Origin: Octopus bimaculoides
Taxonomy: Eukaryota
NCBI RefSeq assembly: GCF_001194135.2
Contig: NC_068995.1
Location: 55,995,837-56,059,349, forward strand
Length of the DNA stretch: 63,513 bases
Reading direction: 5' to 3'
The notes below the pieces were generated by a model. That model had not been told where the DNA came from. It made no database searches and saw nothing but the letters and a program-made list of their open reading frames with translations. Position numbers and translations under genes: made by a program. This document shows positions 10,492 to 23,177 of the stretch, piece by piece. The number at the start of each line of letters is the position of its first letter. The stretch's first letter is position 1.

Positions 10492-12055
10492 GACATTAAT
10501 ATATATATATATATGTATTGTCACGTGTGTTTGTGTGTCTCTACACTCACTCACACACACACTATGTATTTCCACTGAGACATGCATGTACACACTCATG
10601 CAATAGCGTTAAATGCATACGTAGGTGTAGCGTTCTTACATGCATACGTATTTCACCGAGGAAAATCGAACACAGTTGCATTACGACTTATTTACTTGGA
10701 AAGAGGGTGGCGGGATGAGGAGTGATAGAATAGAAAGAAGATTTTGTGAAAAAGAACGGCAAAAATAACATCAACTGCAACACTGACGATTGCACCAGCA
10801 ACAACAACAACAGGAATACGAACATTACCAATGAGAAGTGCAGCGCCAGTAACAACAACTCATTGAAGAAGACAAGCTAGAAGATTAAAAGAATGCAAAA
10901 AGGATACGTGTGTGTGTGTGTGTGTATACAAATCTCTGTGTGTGTGTGTGTGTGTGTTTATATATGGATATACATGCATAGGTTTATATGTATATATACA
11001 TATGTTATACACACAAACACACATATTTGTATATATGAGTATCAGCGTATTTGAGCTGGTAACNNNNNNNNNNNNNNNNNNNNNNNNNNNNNNNNNNNNN
11101 NNNNNNNNNNNNNNNNNNNNNNNNNNNNNNNNNNNNNNNNNNNNNNNNNNNNNNNNNNNNNNNNNNNNNNNNNNNNNNNNNNNNNNNNNNNNNNNNNNNN
11201 NNNNNNNNNNNNNNNNNNNNNNNNNNNNNNNNNNNNNNNNNNNNNNNNNNNNNNNNNNNNNNNNNNNNNNNNNNNNNNNNNNNNNNNNNNNNNNNNNNNN
11301 NNNNNNNNNNNNNNNNNNNNNNNNNNNNNNNNNNNNNNNNNNNNNNNNNNNNNNNNNNNNNNNNNNNNNNNNNNNNNNNNNNNNNNNNNNNNNNNNNNNN
11401 NNNNNNNNNNNNNNNNNNNNNNNNNNNNNNNNNNNNNNNNNNNNNNNNNNNNNNNNNNNNNNNNNNNNNNNNNNNNNNNNNNNNNNNNNNNNNNNNNNNN
11501 NNNNNNNNNNNNNNNNNNNNNNNNNNNNNNNNNNNNNNNNNNNNNNNNNNNNNNNNNNNNNNNNNNNNNNNNNNNNNNNNNNNNNNNNNNNNNNNNNNNN
11601 NNNNNNNNNNNNNNNNNNNNNNNNNNNNNNNNNNNNNNNNNNNNNNNNNNNNNNNNNNNNNNNNNNNNNNNNNNNNNNNNNNNNNNNNNNNNNNNNNNNN
11701 NNNNNNNNNNNNNNNNNNNNNNNNNNNNNNNNNNNNNNNNNNNNNNNNNNNNNNNNNNNNNNNNNNNNNNNNNNNNNNNNNNNNNNNNNNNNNNNNNNNN
11801 NNNNNNNNNNNNNNNNNNNNNNNNNNNNNNNNNNNNNNNNNNNNNNNNNNNNNNNNNNNNNNNNNNNNNNNNNNNNNNNNNNNNNNNNNNNNNNNNNNNN
11901 NNNNNNNNNNNNNNNNNNNNNNNNNNNNNNNNNNNNNNNNNNNNNNNNNNNNNNNNNNNNNNNNNNNNNNNNNNNNNNNNNNNNNNNNNNNNNNNNNNNN
12001 NNNNNNNNNNNNNNNNNNNATATATACACTCACACATATATATACATATGTATAT

Positions 12056-12095
<40 letters not shown>

Positions 12096-12820
12096 TGGAG
12101 TGATAAAGGTAGAATGAGGTATTTTGCCTCTTGGCTGAAACAGCTGTAAGATGTTATCCCAATTTCTATTACTATATGTTATATTTTTATAATTACTGAT
12201 ATTTTATATTTTGCTTTTTATATGTCATATATGTAGGACATAATATATCATACATGTATGTATATTGTTATAATTGTCCTTTTAGTAAATAAATAGATAA
12301 ATTGACATAATATAATGTCTATAAGTTGATGAATACCACCAATTAATCCCCTCCATTTTCTTATTGCCCTATATATTAATGGTAAAATAACTTTTCACCC
12401 TCACCCATTTATTACACTTGGTAATGTAATTATCATGCAATGGAAAAACACTTGTGCAATAATAATTGGGTATTCTACCAGCAGTATATTGGATATATCT
12501 CTTCGTGGGTTGGATTCACAACCTCTAACGAATGGTGACGAAAGGACTTCGAGAAATTTAGCAGTGATCGATTGATTGATTGATTTGATTGATTGATTGA
12601 GTATGAATAATTTTGAACATGGCATTTTTTGAAAATCCATGAATAAAATACCCCTGAAGTGAAAAAATTCTTGAATCGTGTATTAGTGTCATTCTTCCAC
12701 TTGTTGGTCACATTTAATTCATAAACAAACTTGACAAAATGCATTCGTTTCATCACAAAAAAAAAACAATCACAAGAATTATCAAGCGTATGAATAATTT
12801 CGTGGACGACTGTATATATC

Positions 12821-12851
<31 letters not shown>

Positions 12852-12954
12852 AGATAGATAGATATGCTCACACACACACACACAAGCCCAAAATATATAA
12901 AAGGCGAAAGTGATTTTTTACCAGTGAAAGTAATTGTTTTTACAAACAAAAAAA

Positions 12955-13115
12955 TATATATATATTTACCGGCAGAATTATATATATTTGCGTATAGGGA
13001 GAATTAAATATATTTGCGGACGGAAGTAAATATATTTGCAAGTAGAATTATATATATTTACAGGCTAAAGTAAATATATTTATATTCAGAATTAAAGATA
13101 TTTACTGGCGGAAGT
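12955..13115. repeat. Degenerate 22-bp tandem array, about 7 units
   Basis: Units start at 12975, 13001, 13023, 13045, 13067 and 13089. Consensus is GAA(T/G)TAAATATATTT(G/A)C plus about 5-6 variable bases. Confidence 0.85.
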
Positions 13116-13394
13116 TTAAAATCGAAAGTAATATAAATGTAACGAAATGAAATAGCGAAAATGTTGATATCGAGATGTTATCTGGAAATTTTGATTACTT
13201 TTTTTTTTTCATTCGAAAAATTATTTTGAAGGCGATCACAAAGATGGCAATGATGACGCTGTCGGCGCCGACAGTTCACTGCGTTACAAGGGTAATGCTG
13301 AGGATAATAGTGGTGGTTGATGCTAAGGGTTTGGTAGCGTAGTGGTCAGTAAACTTGTAATAGATAGAGAGAGGGTTGAACAGGAAAGATAAAA

Positions 13395-13430
<36 letters not shown>

Positions 13431-13689
13431 TGATTGACCACAATATGTTTCGCTTGTTCGCCGACCCGTTACAGCATAAGGCGATGGGGATGACTTCCTC
13501 AAAGAGCTGGATGTTAAAACACCTGAAAGCCATAGACACGTGAGACAAAACTCTTCCATTCTCCTTCGGTTCGGTTCAGATACGTGATCAGCCACAAAAT
13601 GGCGAAAAATCTGTATCCATCGTTCCTGGATGGGGCTAGGAGCAAGTTGTCCACTCTGTTTATGACTTGAAGGGTTTTAGTTGAAAAAA

Positions 13690-13805
13690 TCGACCCCAGG
13701 ATTTATTTTTTAAGCCTAGTACTTATTCTATCCGGTCTCTTTTGCTGAACCGCTAGGCTACGGGACGTAAACACACGTAAACACACCAACACAGGTTGTC
13801 AAGCG
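13690..13805 (-). mobile_element. SINE family B, 3' half
   Basis: aatcgaccccaggatttatttttaagcctagtacttattctatccggtctcttttgctgaaccgctagg...cgggacgtaaacac is the reverse complement of the family B 3' body. Confidence 0.9.
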
Positions 13806-14259
13806 GGGACTTTCGAAATAGTTATATCAACAGCATGGAGAAAACTACCTCCAAAACTTTACTAGAAAAAGGGCTGGGAATTGTAGGACAAAGTATTCAA
13901 ACAATTAAATCTTTTAGGAAAAATTCTTCCTAGACGAAAAAAAATCACCCAAAACGAAGGCCTTTTCTGTATCCAAGACATTGTAATCGCTATTTCGAAA
14001 GACCATCAATCAACTATTACAAACGCTCGTGTGTAATTGCTTAGTTACTAATCCTTTAGCAAATAAAGAAATAGCTGTTGGTAATAGGAAAGTACCACAA
14101 AAGGTACTACGTGGCGGACGAGGTAGGAACTTCACTTACTGACCGAAATACGCATCAGCTTCATTAAGTACCACTTAAATTAGATTATAAGTAATTCTTA
14201 CTCTTTCTTCCCCCGACTCTGCATCATCCCGTCTGTCTGTCTCTTTCTCTCTCTCTCTC

Positions 14260-14296
<37 letters not shown>

Positions 14297-14460
14297 GACA
14301 ATATATATGCAAAATTCACTCTGCATGCTTTAGCTTCGCTACTTGACAACTGTCCGGATACATATTGGTCAGATTACGTATATATGTGTGTGTGTGTGTG
14401 TGTGTATGTGATGTAAATGAGTACTCACCATTGTATATGATGCATAGATATTCCTTATTT

Positions 14461-14616
14461 ATGGATTAACAAGGCAACCGAACTTTTCATGCAGAAAAAA
14501 TTCTCAATCCTTCAAGCGATACAAAAGAGACAATTACCACCATTCTTATGTGGGACTCTTGAAGGATTGCCGAGATTTTTTTCCACATGAAACATTTGGC
14601 TTCGTTGTTAATCCAT
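14461..14616. mobile_element. 156-bp fold-back / MITE-like inverted repeat
   Basis: The arms at 14461-14516 and 14558-14616 are reverse complements. The outer 12 bp (ATGGATTAACAA) and inner 12 bp (CAATCCTTCAAG) match exactly and the middle is degenerate. The spacer is 41 bp. Confidence 0.7.
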
Positions 14617-14618
14617 GA

Positions 14619-14649
<31 letters not shown>

Positions 14650-14941
14650 GTGCGTGTGTACACTTTTTATTAGCTATGAATAAGTCTACGCACAGACATA
14701 TAGAATTGCGTATAAGTGTACGAACGTGTGTTTTATGAAAATGAAGAAAGTATGAAAGGTAATAATGTGTTTAGGCAAATATGTATATTACTAATTTACA
14801 TTTTTATATATATACACACTTGTGTGTGTGTGTGTGTGTGTCTGTGTGTGTGTACGCTTCAAAATATTTTAAATCGCCAGTCTACTTCAATATCTGTCTG
14901 AAAAAGTGCTGCCCTTGTGGCCAGTAAGTGACCGCTAGTAC

Positions 14942-14974
<33 letters not shown>

Positions 14975-16030
14975 GGTTATTATTGTTGTTGTTATTATTA
15001 TAATCATCATCATTATTATTTTTATTTTCTTTTATATTTTCATTTCGGTTAGGGTCTCCAATTACACCGTATTTGGACAAGAAACCGATCATATAATCTA
15101 CAAAATAAATATATAACTAAATAAATATTAAAAACAAATCTCTAATTATCCCATAGTTTGTGTGAGAAAACTGAAAATGCGATATATAAAGACAAAAGCC
15201 TCTCCAATCACTGATTTCCATAATTTAAAGAAATATATTTAAAATAAAATTTAAAAAGAACAACAAAATATGATTAAATAACTAAGAATAAACGTATAAA
15301 AAGTTAAAATGATATTTTAAAGTAAAAACAAAAAAATTAAAATTTCTACGCAGTTAATAATTTTCTATGAAATATCAAAGAAAATTTAGATCAAAACGGG
15401 ACTTTAAAATTAATTTTAAAATATTTAAAAACTGGGCCACGTAATTCCTATGAATATAACGATCGTGAAAGGAAAAGGAGGGAGAAAGAAGTGGGAGAGT
15501 GAGAGACGGAGAGAGCGAGGTAGAGGGGAGAAAAGAGAGAGATGCACTTTGAGCTGTGAGATAGAGAAAGAAAGGGTAAGAGAGAGAAGAGAACGAGAAA
15601 ACTTTGTTTTCCTCTTTGATTGGTGGGGGCCAATGTGTGTGGGTGTATGAGAGGGAGAGAAATTGAGAGAGAGAAAGTGTGTGTGTGAGTGAGAGAGAGA
15701 GAGATGTCCAAAATTTGGTCTAAGAAAATAAACGAATAAAAATTGTCTAGAATTAATAACTAAAGTTTTCGGTCTGAGGCCCAAGGTTGGAATCAAGAAA
15801 GCTTCCGAGATATTTTTAGTTTCATTTTATTTCATTTTATTTTATTTTTGTGTCTCACTAAGTTAATTTCATTCAATATTTTTAATGCATGCAGTGACGG
15901 ATGTTATAAAATGAATTCTAAACTCCCGGCACGCGTGTTCACGACCCGGGCTTGATTTCAATTTGGTGCTAGTTCACTTTATTCTCATGTCTAATACTAG
16001 AGAGAGAGGGAGAGAGATGGGGGGAGAGAG

Positions 16031-16062
<32 letters not shown>

Positions 16063-16352
16063 GTATGTATTACCGTTCATGTAAGAGACAGTAAGAGACT
16101 TATGGCTAAGAAATTCGCTTCGAAATTTCTTTGAACCTAATTCGATTCCACACCGTGTCTCTTTGGCGAAGTATCTTCTACCAAAGATTTAGGTCAACTG
16201 AAAAATTGTGTAGAATAAAACTGTACAGAATCAGACCGAAAATACTTTTGAATGATAATTAATCTGTCGTCTGGTTTCACACTTTCGTTTGGTTCTTAAA
16301 TGCTTTAAGTGGAGTCTAGTCTTTTGCGGCCGAATTGGTAAATTCTTTCGAG

Positions 16353-16810
16353 CAGGGGTCATCACACTTCTTATATCATTGACCCTTTTATGGAATCGTT
16401 GATAACTTATCGACCTACATCATGCAAGTTTCTAAAATATAATTAAAAAGTATAATTAATAAAAAAAAATTCTTGATTTAAAAACAAATTCCATCGCTCT
16501 TTAGTGTCATTACTGCTTTTTATTAAGGAATATTTAAAGAAATTTAATAAAAATACTTAACGAAATTAATAAAGAACATTAAAATTTAAGCCATGTTATG
16601 TTGATATAATAGAATATCTAATGTGAAATATGTATTTGGTGAATACCAGTTATTACATCAATATTAGGCTGTAAATTGGTGAGTTTTAATCTTAAATTAC
16701 TGTTCAGTTCGTAAATAATTCAGCATTGTTAATGCTCAAAATCATTTCAGGAATTTATTGACCACTTGGATGGCCACTGGGGTCAATACTGACCACTTTG
16801 CCGACTCCGG
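16353..16810. mobile_element. Non-autonomous hAT (Charlie-like) element, old
   Basis: Left end CAGGGGTCATCACACT; the right end ACTTTGCCGACTCCGG is the reverse complement of a CAGGGGTCGGCAAA-type TIR. The 8-bp flanks ctttcgag / ttttatag match at 5/8. The interior is AT-rich and non-coding. Confidence 0.5.
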
Positions 16811-17009
16811 TTTTATAGCATTGGATATGTCAACTTCACTAATGGTAGATTTCCAAGGTCCCTCTTCCAAAATTCATTTGTCCATGACGAAAAATACTCC
16901 TCAAGTACTGTTCTGACTTCGTCTACATAATTCATAGTTGAGGACTCCCGAATGAGATCCATGATCATACTGTTCGAGCAGTGTGTCGTCTGATTCTGTC
17001 CTTGTGTTT

Positions 17010-17110
17010 GTCGACCCCGGTGGCATTTGAACTCAGAACGTAAAGACGGATAAAATTCCGTTAAGCATTTTGTCCGGGACAGTAACGATTTTGCCAGCTC
17101 CCGCCGCCTT
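17010..17110 (-). mobile_element. SINE family A, 5' fragment
   Basis: gtcgaccccggtggcatttgaactcagaacgtaaagacggataaaattccgttaagcattttgtccgggacagtaacgattttgccagctcccgccgcctt. Confidence 0.88.
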
Positions 17111-17149
17111 ATGTCGACTCATAATAAAAAACAGTTTTACATTAAACTC

Positions 17150-17182
<33 letters not shown>

Positions 17183-17387
17183 CTGTGTCTGTGTGTTTAT
17201 GTGCGCACAGATGTGTATATATGACGGCCGTCGACTCGTTGTCGACTACAAGCCCGCCGCCTTCCTTAGCACGCTTTCGCTTTTTCTATGTGTCGGGGTG
17301 GGGGATGATTTTCCTACGTGCGGCTGACTGCAGCTTCTATTCAAAATTACATATATTTATACACAAATACATAAACATAGGTGTACA

Positions 17388-17433
<46 letters not shown>

Positions 17434-18010
17434 NNNNNNNNNNNNNNNNNNNNNNNNNNNNNNNNNNNNNNNNNNNNNNNNNNNNNNNNNNNNNNNNNNN
17501 NNNNNNNNNNNNNNNNNNNNNNNNNNNNNNNNNNNNNNNNNNNNNNNNNNNNNNNNNNNNNNNNNNNNNNNNNNNNNNNNNNNNNNNNNNNNNNNNNNNN
17601 NNNNNNNNNNNNNNNNNNNNNNNNNNNNNNNNNNNNNNNNNNNNNNNNNNNNNNNNNNNNNNNNNNNNNNNNNNNNNNNNNNNNNNNNNNNNNNNNNNNN
17701 NNNNNNNNNNNNNNNNNNNNNNNNNNNNNNNNNNNNNNNNNNNNNNNNNNNNNNNNNNNNNNNNNNNNNNNNNNNNNNNNNNNNNNNNNNNNNNNNNNNN
17801 NNNNNNNNNNNNNNNNNNNNNNNNNNNNNNNNNNNNNNNNNNNNNNNNNNNNNNNNNNNNNNNNNNNNNNNNNNNNNNNNNNNNNNNNNNNNNNNNNNNN
17901 NNNNNNNNNNNNNNNNNNNNNNNNNNNNNNNNNNNNNNNNNNNNNNNNNNNNNNNNNNNNNNNNNNNNNNNNNNNNNNNNNNNNNNNNNNNNNNNNNNNN
18001 NNNNNNNNNN

Positions 18011-18170
18011 TTATATATTTACATCTATATATTTTTATATTTTATATAATATTTACATTTATATATTTTTATATTTTATATAATATTTACATTTATATAT
18101 TTTTATATTTTATATACATATTTACATTTATATATTTTCATATTTTATATACATATTTACATTTATATAC
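18011..18170. repeat. AT-rich minisatellite, about 34-bp unit, about 4.5 copies
   Basis: Repeating atatttacatttatatatttttatattttatata(c) starts at the edge of the 17434-18010 gap. Confidence 0.85.
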
Positions 18171-18303
18171 ATATATATTATATATATATATATATTTGCA
18201 TATATGAAATATGTATAATTCATATGTATAGTTTTATGTGTACATATGTATCTATATATTTACACTTATATATATATATATGTGTATCTATATATGTATA
18301 GTC

Positions 18304-18345
<42 letters not shown>

Positions 18346-18651
18346 ATGTATATATATATATATATATATACACGTATGTGGGTGGGTGTGTATACAAGCA
18401 CGTATCTACATATATAGACACTATCTACATAATACACACACACACAAACACACACACACACCCATATATATATATAGTGACATAGGAAAACTTGCTTACT
18501 GTTGTAGTAGAGTAACGATTTCATTTCTTTTAATGAACGCTGCTAATTCAATGAACTCGTTCGAGAACATTCGTAGTGTATTGATCCAAAATAAACCACT
18601 GAAGCATAACATTTAACAAACGGCAAAAGAATAATAAATTTTGAGAAGCAA

Positions 18652-18698
<47 letters not shown>

Positions 18699-19067
18699 TA
18701 CACGAAAGAAAACCACAAAACATTTTGGTTTGGAGGATGTTGGATGTATTTTGTTCTTTTCAGTCTCGTTTTGATTTTATTCATTTATTTATTTTTTAAA
18801 ATTTCAATTTGTTTTGATTTATTCGTTTGCCATTCTTAAACACTAACTGCCCCCCCCCCACCAGCACCACCAATTCTCTACGAACATCAATGTAATGTTC
18901 ATCACCATGATCATTATCATCACCATCGTCATCATCATTACTATCATCATCATCATCGCCATCACATTATTACTAGCGTCATCGTCTTCACCATTCTGAT
19001 ATTATCATATGATCTCAACTGCTATCATCATCATCATCATCATCATGTTATAATTTCTATTGTTACA

Positions 19068-19100
<33 letters not shown>

Positions 19101-19169
19101 TATGTTTTTATTGTTATTATGTATTGCTCCACTCATTCGTCACTCTAGTGGAAAATAAAAGAAATTATT

Positions 19170-19487
19170 ATTATTATTATTGTTATTATTATTATTATTA
19201 TTATTATTGGTGGTGGTGGTGGCGTTGTCGTCATCGCCACAGTCATTACTCCTCTATCTTCATTATGAACTGTAGAATATCTGTGCAGCTATCATCATCA
19301 TCATCCTCATCATCATCCTCATCATCATCATCCTCATCATCATCATCCTCATCATCATCATCCTCATCATCATCCTCATCATCATCCTCATCATCATCCT
19401 CATCATCATCATCCTCATCATCATCATCATCATCTTTATCATCATCATCATCCTCATCCTCATCATCATCATCATCATCATCGTCAT
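19170..19487. repeat. (TAT)n followed by interrupted (CAT)n microsatellite
   Basis: (CAT)n with periodic CCT interruptions at 19291-19487. This produces the poly-S and poly-M ORFs in the track. Confidence 0.95.
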
Positions 19488-19948
19488 AACTTCGTAAACT
19501 TTAGCGTCATTGTGATATCATCATAACCTCCAGAATCGGGATTACTACCATCAACAATGTGATATCAGTATAGACGCTATCACCATCATCACCATCATAG
19601 TTATCTTCATCATAAACATCATCATCATCATTGTCATCACAGGCATCAACTAGGCAAACGATATTATCATTAGCAAAATTATATCACCGCCGCCGCCACC
19701 ATCATCATCATCATCCTCACCACTATCGTGAACATCGTCATCACCACCATAAACATTGGAACTGCTGTTGTCATCATCCACAGCCCTGTTGCGATAAAAA
19801 TCGTTCTATTGTTCAAACGAGAATGTTATCTTCCAGTTTGAATTTTTTTTAAGAGAATTATGGCACAGAAAGAGTGAGAGTGAAGGGAGAGTAGGAAATA
19901 TAGACGAGGTGGGAGTGAAGCACAAAGAGACAATATTAGAATACAAAG

Positions 19949-20003
<55 letters not shown>

Positions 20004-20314
20004 TGCATGTTCGTTTATATATCCATATATCCAGGCGCCCTCCATGTTACGGAAACGTCTTGCTCTTACGTGAAATTCCGTTATCTGAAACCTATTTCCA
20101 TTAATTTCTATCTTATAAGAAAGCCAGTGAACGTGAAAATCAATGCTAAATATAATTTGCGTTACGGTATTCTGTTACAACTTGCCTACATATATGCACG
20201 TATCTCAGCATATATGTATACATATATACATTTGTGTGTGTGTGTGTGTGTCTATATATATATCTGTGTATGTGTGCGTATATGTATATATATATATGTG
20301 TGTGTGTATAGATA

Positions 20315-20344
<30 letters not shown>

Positions 20345-20348
<4 letters not shown>

Positions 20349-20480
20349 ATCATCATCATTATTTAACGTCCATATTCCATGCTGGCATGTGTTGGACTGT
20401 CTTTTGGCATGGTTCCTACGGTTGAGTGACCTTCGGAACGCTAACCACTTTACAGCATGTACTGGATGCTTTTCTAGTGC
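20345..20480 (-). mobile_element. SINE-like family C (3' part with (TGA)n tail)
   Basis: (cat)n-tttaacgtccatattccatgctggcatgtgttggac ... ggttcctacggttgagtgaccttcggaacgctaaccactttacag. Related copies lie at about 21180-21290, 25105-25400, 32695-32860, 36945-37100 and 50250-50500. Confidence 0.75.
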
Positions 20481-20628
20481 ATATGCACGCGCGCGCGCAC
20501 GCACACAAAATCTATTTGTAGTGAATTTCCTTTAAAATATCCATTTTTGTGAAAGGTATGAGGAAACAAATTCAGGTTGGGCACATGTGATTAAGTCTGC
20601 GATAGATAGAGACAATAAGATAGACAGT

Positions 20629-20665
<37 letters not shown>

Positions 20666-21288
20666 GTTATCACAGCCTATTACAGACAAATATATAAAAA
20701 TGCATCTATGACTCAACTCATTTATGCGTTGTACTTATTCCCAGTTCCACAGATAGAAACTCTCTCAAATACATAACAAAACTTCAACCCATTTCACCAA
20801 CAACTATGGCCACCGTCCGATAAAATTTGATTGAATAGATTACTTTCATTTGCCGACTCATCATCTCAAATTATGGTTATCCAGATCTCCAGATTGAAAC
20901 GATCTTGTCAATTTTACGCATTATATTTTCCGCCGCCAACAAAATAACATTCATCCAAACAGTAAGCTTTCATTCAGAAATTCTTACTGTGACCATGACG
21001 AATTTCTTTTATCAATATTTGAAAACAGTTTCACAGAGAAATAAGCATGTAAACAAACAAATAAAAGAAAAGGTTTCTAAATAAGAAACAAGCAAATATC
21101 GCGTTAAACGAGATTTAGTTTTTTCTTTTGTTTTGTTTTGTTTTTTTGTAAGGGACCGTCGTATCACCACCGTCGTCGTCATGGAGATCATTTTTAACGT
21201 TCCCTTTTACTTGCTTGCATGGAGTGGGCAGAGTTTATTTGAGATAGATATTCTATGGTCGAATGCCCTTCCTGTCGCCAACACACAC

Positions 21289-21444
21289 CTCGCTGCTCTG
21301 CAGGAAATATGGTTAGCCGATGCAGAAACACTGAGGGAGAAGGACTACACATTCCTCTGGAAAGGGAAGAGCTCTGATGAGCCCAGAGAACATGGAGTAG
21401 GCTTTGCAATAAAGAATAGCTTGCTGCGGATGGTAGAACCAGGC
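21289..21444 (+). pseudogene. RTE (BovB-like) LINE APE endonuclease fragment
   Basis: LAALQEIWLADAETLREKDYTFLWKGKSSDEPREHGVGFAIKNSLLRMVEPG matches the RTE endonuclease N-terminal motifs (xxALQETRL...YTFFWxG....REHGVGFA). The frame is open over 52 codons. Confidence 0.9.
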
Positions 21445-22048
21445 ATGGAAGACACATGTAGGCTTTCGTAAACACAAAAACTCTAAACTTCACTTAAACA
21501 TTTATAATTTATTATCTGGTATCAAAATTTGCGTCGCACGACCTATGACCTGGTCACTGACAAGAGTACACTGCATCTCATGCGAAGAAAATTTTGTCAT
21601 GAAGTTAAGACTGTGTTTTTTTTTCTCGACACTGCGATTCTTCAATTTATTTTTGTCGAAAAGATTAAACATGCCATAACCCTCAATTGAGGAACATGTT
21701 CTTTATGCAGAAGACATCCCTGGAAGACTTTTTTTCCATGTCAATATTGCAAAAAGTACTTATAGAACAAGTAAGAAGTTATTAATAGGAAAACTAAACT
21801 TTTTTTTTGTTAATTAACTCTCAGACTTCGAAAGGCTTGTATTGTCGGATAAAATTTCATCGATTTTCTTTAATTAATTGAACTAAATAGTTGTAATTAT
21901 ATTTTGGAATAAATTGGGGAATTAATTTGTTATTATTTTATTGTGTTTATCATCTTCCATATTGATATTCAAGCTAATAATTGTAGTAATGTCTTTAACA
22001 TGGCAGGGTTGTGGGACACTGGGAATAGAATTATAGAACCAAAGCCAT

Positions 22049-22079
<31 letters not shown>

Positions 22080-22159
22080 TGCATGAGTTGCGAGTTAATG
22101 AGGGAACATCTATGGGGTCTTGCTACCATCTCGACATAACTGTCAATTCTCCTTCGAAT

Positions 22160-22520
22160 TGTGGCTGTATGGCAAAACGCTAGCTTCCCAACCACATGCT
22201 TCCGAGTTCAGTCCCATTTTATGTTACCCCGAGCCAACCAAAACTTTGGAATTGCACGTGGCTGTCGGAAACTGAAAAAAAAAAAACTTGTCGTATATAT
22301 GTGTGTGCTTGTATGTGTGTTTGTCCCCTACCCCCGCTTAGCAACCGGTATGGGTTTGTTTACGTCCCTATAATGTAGCTGTTCGACAAAATATACTGAT
22401 AAAATAAATACCAAACTTTAACAAAAAAATAAGTAGTAGAGTTGATTTGTTCGACTAAAACACTTCAAGGTGGTGCCCCAGCATGGCCGCAGTCCAATGA
22501 CTGGAACAAGTAAAAGGTAA
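22160..22520 (+). mobile_element. SINE family B, near full length
   Basis: Head gtggctgtatggcaaaacgctagcttcccaaccacatgcttccgagttcagtccc, internal (TG)/(TA) tract, body, and tail aaggtggtgccccagcatggccgcagtccaatgactggaacaagtaaaagg. Confidence 0.9.
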
Positions 22521-22523
22521 AGG

Positions 22524-22574
<51 letters not shown>

Positions 22575-22700
22575 TTGAAATTTACTGAAAAACAAAAGAC
22601 AAAGACAAGTGTATAAACAACAAGCAGGTGTATTAGTTTAACGTTCGGGAAGGTGAGAAAGTCTTTTACGTTTCGAGCCTACGCTCTTCGACAGAAACTG
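22575..22700 (-). mobile_element. Dispersed repeat carrying a minimal hammerhead-like motif (Penelope-like terminal-repeat type)
   Basis: About 90 bp are closely similar to the reverse complement of 35245-35335. The minus strand reads ttt-CTGTCGA-A-GAGC-gtag-GCTC-GAAAC-GTA-aaag. Confidence 0.6.
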
Positions 22701-23058
22701 CATGTATATAAACTGCATATGTAAATGTGTGTGTGTGAAAGAGAGAGAGAGAGAGAGAAAGAGAGTTTGTGTTTCCTTTTCTTTCCATTGCGTGGTATTT
22801 GTAAACGAGTGTCACCGTCATTATTGCTGTGTCCTTCATTTCCAGTCTTCCTTGTAAACATGTCGGGGGATAGAGGAATATTAACTGGGTTGGAAACAGA
22901 TGACGGTTAGAAGCAAAATCTTTAAGAATTACTGAATGAGGGTAGAAATAAGTCCCGTCATTTTTTACCGGTACTACTTTAATGCACACACAGATACTAG
23001 ATAGATAGATAGATAGACAGATAGATGAAATTGAGAAAAAGAAGGAAAACAGAACCTA

Positions 23059-23177
<119 letters not shown>

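Noticed and set aside
12955-13115. Repeat-plus-variable pattern as a CRISPR-like array
   Set aside because: The variable parts are only 5-6 nt, the repeats are degenerate, there are no cas genes and the context is eukaryotic.
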